Below are positions 56,712 through 64,000 of a stretch of DNA of 64,000 nt, one piece after another. The DNA is from Piscirickettsiaceae bacterium. GTDB taxonomy: Bacteria > Pseudomonadota > Gammaproteobacteria > Nitrosococcales > Methylophagaceae. Every line of letters starts with the position of its first letter. The stretch's first letter is position 1. The notes below the pieces were generated by a model that worked only from the letters and a program-made list of their open reading frames with translations, did no database searches and was not told the DNA's origin. The DNA is taken from positions 92,420-156,419 of the forward strand of contig JABSQM010000002.1 in NCBI GenBank assembly GCA_013215805.1, in the 5' to 3' direction. The translations under genes were made by a program, and so were the position numbers.

Positions 56712-59111
56712 TTAAAATAAATCAACAATAGAAAGATTTTGAAATGAGATATTATCTCGGCTATCTATTGAAGTTCCCGCTAATATTACTTCAGGAACAT
56801 AGCGTTTACGAAATATTTCATATATTGCATTATCAGTACTAAAATCAGCCAACAGGCCAGTCCTAGAATCTATTTTTGCCGTAACCATATTTATAGGCTG
56901 TTTCAAAGGCTTATCCGGTAAATCTTTTAAGGCAACTCTCATAAAATCAATCCACATTGGTAGAGCTGCCCTGCCTCCTGTCTCATATTGTCCTAATGAT
57001 CTTGGCGAATCAAAACCTACCCAACTAATAGCTACTAATTCTGGATTAAAACCGTTAAACCAGGCATCGACCTGCTCATTGGTAGTGCCAGTTTTACCAG
57101 CTAAATCAGTCCGATTCAAAGATAAAGCCTTCCTTCCCGTACCATAACGAATAACATCACGTAATAAACTGTTCATGAGATAAGCATTTTGAGTTGGAAT
57201 GATGCGTTTTGCTGGCTTGAATCCTAATGATTCACCTTCATTCATTACAATGACTTCAGTAAGACTGCAGCTTTCACAAACAGTATCAGGTTCCGCTTGC
57301 ATAGTAATATTACCTTTTGCATCTTCAATGCGTTTAATGATGTAAGGTTCGATACGATAACCGCCATTAGCAAATACAGCATAAGCCCTCGCCATATCCC
57401 ATGGAGTAGCATGGCCACTGCCTAATGCCAAAGAGAGATTTTTAGGCATTTGTGAAATTCTAAAACCAAATAGCTTGGCATAGTTTATTGCATAAATTAC
57501 GGTTATATCTCGTAATAATCTAATTGACACTAAGTTGCGAGAATTTGTCAATCCTACTCTTAAGCGTGTAGGCCCGAAAAATTTACCACTATAATTTTTT
57601 GGGCGCCAAGTATTTTCCAAACCCGGAGCATCAAATACCACGGGAGCATCATTAATTATACTAGCAGCCGTATAACCTTTTTCTAAAGCAGCAGAATAAA
57701 TAAAAGGCTTAAACCCGGAACCAGGTTGGCGTCTAGAACTAACGACGCGATTAAATTTATTTTTGAAATATGCAAAGCCACCATTTAACGCGGTAACAGC
57801 CCCATCAAACGGAGTAATTGCGACCAACGCACCTTCAGCCTCAGGTAATTGTGCTAATTGCCATTTATTATATTTGTCCTCATATAAATAAATCAAATCA
57901 CCAATAGAAAACACTTCAGTCATTCTTTGGGGAGGCTTTCCTTTCAGGTTGGTAGATAGCTGCACACATGCCCAGGAGATTGAAGAAAGTCCCAATTCTA
58001 TAAAACCATGGTTCTTTATATAGATATCAGCCGATTTCTCATTAGCTGATATTACAAGGCTAGGATATAAAGGGCCTACGACACCGTGTGCGGATAATGA
58101 CCGCTCAAGATTTTTTACAGATATTTCTTTTGGAAGGTCGACATTATCTTGTGCTCCGCGATATCCATGCCGTCTATCATATGATAATAATGCAGATTGT
58201 AAAGCAATATTAGAAGCTCTTTGATGCTCTGCCATTATTGTTGTATGAACATTAAATCCAGCATTATAAGCATCATCTCCATATCTCCCCACAATCCGTA
58301 TTCGTACCATTTCTGCAACGTACGGTGCATACACTTCAATATCACGACCATGAAAGATAGCTGTGATGGGGGATTTAACTGCTGTAATATAATTTCGCCA
58401 CCCGATAAATCCAACTTCCCACATTCTACGGAGTACATAATCTCGACGTAATTGAGCCCTATCAGGGGCAGCAATTGGATTAAATTTTGAGGGTGCCTTA
58501 GGCAATCCAGCAATCATAGCAAGCTGAGGTAGAGTAAGATCTTGCAAACTCCTACCATAATAAACGTTGGCGGCAGCGCCAACCCCATAGGCACTATTAC
58601 CCAAATAAATTTTATTCAGATAGAGAATCAAGATCTCTGCTTTGTTTAGTTTCTGTTCAATTTTAAATGCGAGAATAATTTCATATAACTTACGCAAATA
58701 TGTTTTTTCTCGGCTTAAGAAAAAGTTTCTAGCTACTTGCATAGTAATAGTGCTACCACCTTGTACCTTAGTGCCGGTGGTAGCAAGTGAATATACCGCA
58801 CGCGAAAGACCATTATAATCAACACCGCAATGCTCAAAAAAGTGCTCATCTTCTGATGATAACACCGCTTGAATAAGTTGAAATGGTATCTCATCGTACT
58901 TCATGGGAACACGCCTCTTCTCCCCAAATTCAGCAATTAATTTATTCTCAGCACTAAATATTCTCAATGGAACTTGCAAGTTTATTTCTTTAAACACATC
59001 GGCATTAGGTAACTTCGGAGCTATAAAAAAATAGATCATTAATAATGCTATTGTAATAAAAATTAATAAAAATATTATTGAAGCTAGCAGTTGATGCAAG
59101 AAACGAAACAT
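56712..59111 (-). CDS. mrcA: Penicillin-binding protein 1A (bifunctional transglycosylase/transpeptidase)
   Basis: 799 aa with an N-terminal TM segment. Glycosyltransferase motifs 'EDEHFFEHCGVD' and 'GGSTITMQVARN'; transpeptidase motifs 'SGFKP' (SxxK), 'SRN' and 'KTGTTN'. Confidence 0.96.
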   Translation of the reverse strand: MFRFLHQLLASIIFLLIFITIALLMIYFFIAPKLPNADVFKEINLQVPLRIFSAENKLIAEFGEKRRVPMKYDEIPFQLIQAVLSSEDEHFFEHCGVDYNGLSRAVYSLATTGTKVQGGSTITMQVARNFFLSREKTYLRKLYEIILAFKIEQKLNKAEILILYLNKIYLGNSAYGVGAAANVYYGRSLQDLTLPQLAMIAGLPKAPSKFNPIAAPDRAQLRRDYVLRRMWEVGFIGWRNYITAVKSPITAIFHGRDIEVYAPYVAEMVRIRIVGRYGDDAYNAGFNVHTTIMAEHQRASNIALQSALLSYDRRHGYRGAQDNVDLPKEISVKNLERSLSAHGVVGPLYPSLVISANEKSADIYIKNHGFIELGLSSISWACVQLSTNLKGKPPQRMTEVFSIGDLIYLYEDKYNKWQLAQLPEAEGALVAITPFDGAVTALNGGFAYFKNKFNRVVSSRRQPGSGFKPFIYSAALEKGYTAASIINDAPVVFDAPGLENTWRPKNYSGKFFGPTRLRVGLTNSRNLVSIRLLRDITVIYAINYAKLFGFRISQMPKNLSLALGSGHATPWDMARAYAVFANGGYRIEPYIIKRIEDAKGNITMQAEPDTVCESCSLTEVIVMNEGESLGFKPAKRIIPTQNAYLMNSLLRDVIRYGTGRKALSLNRTDLAGKTGTTNEQVDAWFNGFNPELVAISWVGFDSPRSLGQYETGGRAALPMWIDFMRVALKDLPDKPLKQPINMVTAKIDSRTGLLADFSTDNAIYEIFRKRYVPEVILAGTSIDSRDNISFQNLSIVDLF

Positions 59112-59952
59112 GGTTATGATTTGAAAAATATTAGTTAATGTATAAGATATAAAGATTAGGTTAGGTTAGACTATTGTTAAAAAATCTGCCATGGTTTTTA
59201 TACTCACCTTATTGGGGATAGCGCCCATAATCTAAAGTACATATTTCTCATAGTCGTGACATTGCATGTTTAAACGGACAATGCCTCTGCAAAGTGTCGG
59301 TATTGTCTATCAATTATTAGGCCAGGGAGCTTGATATATGATTTTGCGAAGCGCAAGAGTAAGTGTTACTGTAATTATATGATGTTAGCCACCCCACTCT
59401 ATTCCCGACGAATATAATTATTGAAGGCTGAATTATAATAAATATTTTTATCTATACAATTAAAAATTGTATTGTATTTATTACTACATTTTAACATTCG
59501 CATTGCATAAAAACAAAAAGGTAGCAAAGTAAAGATGAATTTCAATGGTTATAATAACGGTCAGAAACCAATAAAATAAAATTTTAAATCTATAGAAAAT
59601 TAGATACAATGCATGATGATACAAACCCAAGATTATCGAAAAGATAATATTTAAACTCGTAAACCACTAAAAATATCGCATATGTATTATTTCATAAAGG
59701 ATGGTGAGGTGGTAATTATCTAGTAGGAGTTTTATAAACGCAAGCTATAATACATCAACTAACTACCTACGATCTCTACTTGATCTACCATGAAAAACAA
59801 CTAATTACTAAACCAATTCAAATATAGGATGACATTTAGTCCATAACGAATGCAATATCAAATATACAGCTGACTAATATCAAGTCCTAAGGACAGCCTT
59901 AAACCTAAATTAGGTACTTATACAACATCATTAAATAAACAAGTAGAAATAC

Positions 59953-60474
59953 ATGATATTGGGTAATATATTTATAATTGGACCGATGGGATCGGGAAAA
60001 TCTACCATTGGTCGCCAACTCGCAAAAGCACTGAAACGGAATTTTTTTGATAGTGACAATGAGATAGAAAAACGTACTGGTGTATCGATTTCCCGGATCT
60101 TCGAAATGGAAGGAGAAGCCGGTTTTCGTGCCAGAGAACGAAAGATAATATCTGAATTAACCAGTTTAAAAAAAATTATACTTGCCACCGGTGGTGGCTC
60201 CATACTGGTCAAAGAAAATAGGCAAGCATTAAAATCACAAGGTGATGTTGTATATTTAACAGCATCACACAAACAGCTACTGAAACGTACAGCGCAAAAT
60301 AAAATGAGACCATTATTACGAACTGAAGATCCACAACAACAAATCATTAAATTATTAAGGCAACGCGATGTGCTGTATCGCAGTATCACTGATGTAATTT
60401 TACAAACCGGCAATCAATCAATACAACACACAGTTTCAAATGTGATAAAACAATTGAAAAAATTAAGAAGATAA
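59953..60474 (+). CDS. aroK: Shikimate kinase
   Basis: 173 aa, 'NIFIIGPMGSGKSTIGRQLAKAL', 'ATGGGS'. Confidence 0.96.
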   Translation: MILGNIFIIGPMGSGKSTIGRQLAKALKRNFFDSDNEIEKRTGVSISRIFEMEGEAGFRARERKIISELTSLKKIILATGGGSILVKENRQALKSQGDVVYLTASHKQLLKRTAQNKMRPLLRTEDPQQQIIKLLRQRDVLYRSITDVILQTGNQSIQHTVSNVIKQLKKLRR

Positions 60475-60484
60475 ACTTAAAATT

Positions 60485-61567
60485 ATGACAAAAACACTAT
60501 CTGTTCAATTAGGAAAACGCAGCTATCCTATATATATCGGACATAATTTATTATTACAGCCTGAATTGATTTATCGGCATATCACCAGTATAGAAGTACT
60601 GATAGTGACCAATAAAACCATTGCGCCATTGTATTTACAATTAGTATTAAATTTATTACATAACCATCGATGTAAATCAGTGATCTTACCGGATGGTGAG
60701 CAATTTAAAAGCTTGGACATATTAAATCAAATTTTTGATCAGCTATTAATAAATAATTTTTCTAAACAGGTTACATTAATAGCGTTGGGAGGCGGAGTAA
60801 TAGGAGATATTACAGGTTTCGCCGCAGCATGCTATCAACGAGGAGTGCCATTTATACAAATACCAACTACCTTGCTATCACAAGTTGATTCATCAATTGG
60901 AGGAAAAACTGCAGTTAATCATCCTTTAGGTAAAAATATGATTGGGGCATTTCATCATCCAAAATGTGTCATAGCAGATACAAATACCTTGAATACCTTA
61001 AATAATCGTCAATTATCATCCGGCTTAGCAGAAATAATTAAATATGGTTTAATAAATGATTCTAAATTTTTTTCCTGGATTAAGCAAAATATGCCAGCTT
61101 TGAGGGCCAAAGATCCCTTAATATTGGCTAAGGCAATAGAAAGAGCATGCCTAAATAAAGCTAATATTGTTGCCAATGATGAGTTCGAACATGGAACAAG
61201 AATCTTATTAAATTTTGGTCATACTTTTGGACATGCTATTGAAACTGGAATGGGTTATGGAAATTGGTTGCATGGTGAAGCAATTTCCTGCGGCATGGTA
61301 ATGGCTTCAGACCTATCGCGACGATTAGGTTGGCTAACGATAAAAGATGCTAAATCCATAAGTGACCTATTGAAAGCATCCGGTCTGCCAATAACAACAC
61401 CACAAGGTATGACGGTACGTCAATTCATGGATTTAATGTCCATAGATAAAAAAATTAAAAATAATAAGATTCGCCTAATTCTATTACAAGGTATTGGTAA
61501 CGCTGTGATCAGTGATGATTATCCATCAGATCTATTAACTGCTACTTTGAAATCATTCAGTCATTAA
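60485..61567 (+). CDS. aroB: 3-dehydroquinate synthase
   Basis: 360 aa, 'LGGGVIGDITGFAAACYQRGVPFIQIPTTLLSQVDSSIGGKTAVN', 'NFGHTFGHAIE'; follows aroK. Confidence 0.97.
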   Translation: MTKTLSVQLGKRSYPIYIGHNLLLQPELIYRHITSIEVLIVTNKTIAPLYLQLVLNLLHNHRCKSVILPDGEQFKSLDILNQIFDQLLINNFSKQVTLIALGGGVIGDITGFAAACYQRGVPFIQIPTTLLSQVDSSIGGKTAVNHPLGKNMIGAFHHPKCVIADTNTLNTLNNRQLSSGLAEIIKYGLINDSKFFSWIKQNMPALRAKDPLILAKAIERACLNKANIVANDEFEHGTRILLNFGHTFGHAIETGMGYGNWLHGEAISCGMVMASDLSRRLGWLTIKDAKSISDLLKASGLPITTPQGMTVRQFMDLMSIDKKIKNNKIRLILLQGIGNAVISDDYPSDLLTATLKSFSH

Positions 61568-62066
61568 ATTATTGCAAAAACTAACTATAAATAAATTGTT
61601 ATCCTATTTAGGTCAAATGATAAGTAATGTTTTAAGGTTGATATTATTGTTAGATGTATTTAATAACTAATATAGGAATTCATCTATTTTCAGTATGAAG
61701 GAAAAAAGATCTACTGACTAAATAACCGTGACAACAGAAAATTGGTCACTTGTTCATTAAAAATGGAAACAATTATGTTGTAAATATAATATTATGAACT
61801 AAGAATATCATCCGATGATCAGTCTATTCTTAATAAACTAAGTATACAACAATAATAATATTATTTAAAAATACCGTAAATCAATACTGCTACTCCCCCC
61901 CTTTTTTTAAATTTGTCAAATTTAGCATCATAATACATAAATCTCAACTTTAATAAAATTTAATTAGCTATATTCAATATATATCGCCACATCACATGTT
62001 CCAGATAATTGCTAATATGATTTACATCAATATATCTATCTTGAATGGGTAATGATTCGGGCAAAA

Positions 62067-62101
62067 AGAAAGGAAGAAAGGAAGAAAGGAAGAAAGGAAG
62101 A
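62067..62101. repeat. Octanucleotide microsatellite (AGAAAGGA) x 4.4
   Basis: Four exact tandem copies of AGAAAGGA at 62067-62098, followed by a partial AGA. The repeat lies in a non-coding spacer. Confidence 0.9.
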
Positions 62102-62390
62102 TATCATTCATATGATCTATATTTTATAAGGGCTACATGACACTATAATATCCTCACTCGAAGGCATATTCCTTATGAAGAATTGCTCCAATATTTATAT
62201 CAATGAATTCATATGATTCAGTTTAATCAAAATTAAATGCTCATTCATTACCTTGATTATCATTTAATAGAATCCTTATCAATGATAGCTATCACCCAAA
62301 ACTTCATATGATTCAACATATCTAGTCAATATACATTTAATAAAATGTATGAGTAATGAGGATCAATGGAACAAGTATTGATACAATGTA

Positions 62391-63169
62391 TCAACGTAAT
62401 GGAAATATGAAATCAGACATAGCAGATAATTCATCAAAGATATCCTAGTATGCGAAGTCAACGTCTAAGTCAAAAACTATGCCACTACTAGTGGCCAAAA
62501 ACATATATTATTATTATTGAAAATCATAGTGCGAATAGTCATGTTACTGCCTATACTACCATCGAAAGCCAATATAAGCCACACCAACACAATAGATCCC
62601 GAAAATATGACTCTAATTTTTCAATTATTTCTATTGCACGTAATTTCGGCGCACTCATGATTAAGACACCGGAAAAACACGACCTCAATGAAGATATATA
62701 ATTTTTATTGTCTCTCGTTGCACCTATAATAATACTTAATAAACTATGTACCGTGAAATGATTATATTGCAAATGATTTAAGTAAAAAATATGGATCCAG
62801 GAACACAAACAGACCTTACCTATATAATTACGTGATAAGTCTACAATAATTAAATTTTAGGCTAAATACTTAATAACTACCTCACTGCTTCAAAGGCCTA
62901 ATAATTTGCTGCAAAAAAAAAAGATAATCGGTCGATTACAGTCTTTCTCTATTACCAAAGTGTATGTCCGTATCTACCACTGATGTCTCCAATTTTATAA
63001 AATAATCAGCTGCAATAATGCCACAAAGGCCTATTACATGATTTGTATTAGCTCTATTCAAAAAATAGCACCAAGGAAGATATCGCACAACTTCAAAATA
63101 GATAGAGCTATATGAAAGGCATGAAAGTTTAATATAAAATGCAGGCAATTTTTTTAATAACATATACAT
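62391..63169 (-). pseudogene. pabB: Chorismate-binding enzyme pseudogene, most like aminodeoxychorismate synthase component I (PabB)
   Basis: Colinear minus-strand fragments lie in at least three different frames, separated by stops. Fragment 63169-62936: '..IYFEVVRYLPWCYFLNRANTN..AADYFIKLETS..GNRERL*' vs E. coli PabB 'FRQVQEYLHSGDCYQVNLAQRF..APFSAFLRLEQG..SPERF'. Fragment 62808-62551: '..TVHSLLSIIIG..LRSCFSGVLIMSAPKLRAIEIIEKLESYFRDLLCWCGLYWLS' vs '[53 protein letters not shown]'. Fragment 62548-62477: 'SNMTIRTMIFNNNNICFWPLVVA*' vs 'GNMDTSITIRTL..GQIFCSAGGGIVAD'. Fragment 62444-62391: 'DIFDEL..' vs 'ETFDKV'. An A10 run at 62913-62922 sits at one frame break. The missing N-terminal ~175 codons would extend to about 63700, in very AT-rich sequence. 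The E. coli sequence was recalled from memory. Confidence 0.65.
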
Positions 63170-63787
63170 CGCTCAAACGTTTTCTGTACTACCAATATGA
63201 CTGCAGTAAGTCATAATTATGATCTACTTCCATGGATAGACAGTGTTAATAAATACACCTAAAATAATATAGTCATAATATTGCAAATATTGAACATCAT
63301 TAGTATATTAAATAATTAGAAATTAACAATAAAAACGGATATAAATTTTTAATAACTATTCGTGTATTAATAATTAAGGTATAGTGTTATGATAAAGTAA
63401 ATATTGGTTTATATAAAATTTATGCTATAAGTGAATAACTTTATCTAAAATAAGTTCTAATATTGATCAATTAACAATATTAAATAAATTAAAAACATTC
63501 GATTAATATCAGTAGATCACTTAATTATACATATCTATATAAAATTGATTGTCCATAATTATAATATACTTCATACACACCAACTAATTATATGTACATG
63601 ATTAATACTTAAATTAAATCATAGTTAATTATTAAAATCGAGATATTTAATTCAGAAAAATATTGACCTAGTCATGTCCTAATTAATGTCATTGTATTTT
63701 AATAAATAGAGTACACGGTGTGATATCATTACACATCATCAATGCAACACGTCTGACACCGAATATAAAATTCTTTAGTCTATATAT

Positions 63788-64000
63788 ATGAAAATATACC
63801 TAGTTGGAGGCAGCATTCGTGATCAATTATTAGGATTGCCAGTAAAAGATCATGATTGGGTAGTGGTTGGAAGTTCGCCAGAAGAATTATTATCCAAAGG
63901 CTACGAAGCTGTTGGTAAGAAATTTCCTATATTTATACACCCCCAATCACATGAGGAATATGCCTTAGCACGCACCGAGCATAAAATTGCGCCCGGATAT
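63788..64000 (+). CDS. cca: CCA-adding tRNA nucleotidyltransferase (5' part; runs off the window)
   Basis: Absent from the ORF track because there is no stop codon inside the window. Hand translation from the ATG at 63788 gives '[71 protein letters not shown]', close to the E. coli Cca N-terminus as I recall it. Confidence 0.9.
   Translation, partial: MKIYLVGGSIRDQLLGLPVKDHDWVVVGSSPEELLSKGYEAVGKKFPIFIHPQSHEEYALARTEHKIAPGY

Noticed and set aside
59156-59169. TTAGGTTAGGTTAG, i.e. (TTAGG)2.8, reminiscent of the arthropod telomeric repeat.
   Set aside because: At only 14 nt it is far too short to mean anything. It is most likely chance or a small slippage event.
59931-60413. 160-aa minus-strand ORF opposite aroK.
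   Set aside because: aroK on the plus strand has a clear Walker A motif and full-length similarity. The antisense frame is Cys/Ser/Phe-rich with no motifs.
1-64000. Window-wide search for CRISPR arrays, IS or transposase genes, integrases, toxin-antitoxin pairs, restriction-modification or other defence clusters, secretion-system or effector genes, and rRNA, tmRNA, RNase P and SRP RNA signatures.
   Set aside because: None was found. All ORFs above the track threshold are either housekeeping genes or antisense/AT-rich artefacts, and I saw no regularly spaced direct repeats or terminal inverted repeats.

Overview
This is an AT-rich window from what looks like a host-restricted gammaproteobacterium undergoing genome reduction; I cannot assign a taxon from the sequence alone. 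Positions 1108-32600 form one uninterrupted minus-strand block of translation and transcription genes in canonical order: tRNA-Tyr/Gly/Thr, tufB, tRNA-Trp, secE, nusG, rplKAJL, rpoBC, rpsLG, fusA, tufA, then the S10, spc and alpha operons down to rplQ. By my tally only about 5-6% of this block is non-coding. Positions 32601-64000 carry intact housekeeping genes: hslVU, a DUF971 gene, ubiE-ubiJ-ubiB, secDF-yajC, pyrF, argB, dut-coaBC, miaB, ybeY-corC-lnt, trkH, rpmE, mrcA, aroK-aroB and the 5' end of cca. These genes are separated by large, very AT-rich spacers totalling about 9.6 kb (~30%), none of which holds a credible ORF. Several spacers sit exactly where conserved neighbour genes are expected, and hand translation recovers colinear, frame-broken relics. 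The best supported is a pabB-like chorismate-binding pseudogene, followed by a phoH/ybeZ relic between miaB and ybeY. Traces of tgt, tatA, radC and pilM are weaker. I see no rRNA, CRISPR array, IS or transposon, prophage or defence-type cluster, and no convincing candidate for a novel multi-gene system. The most unusual observations are the roughly 12% protein divergence between the two tuf copies and the pattern of in-place gene erosion. All family comparisons were made from memory, without database searches.
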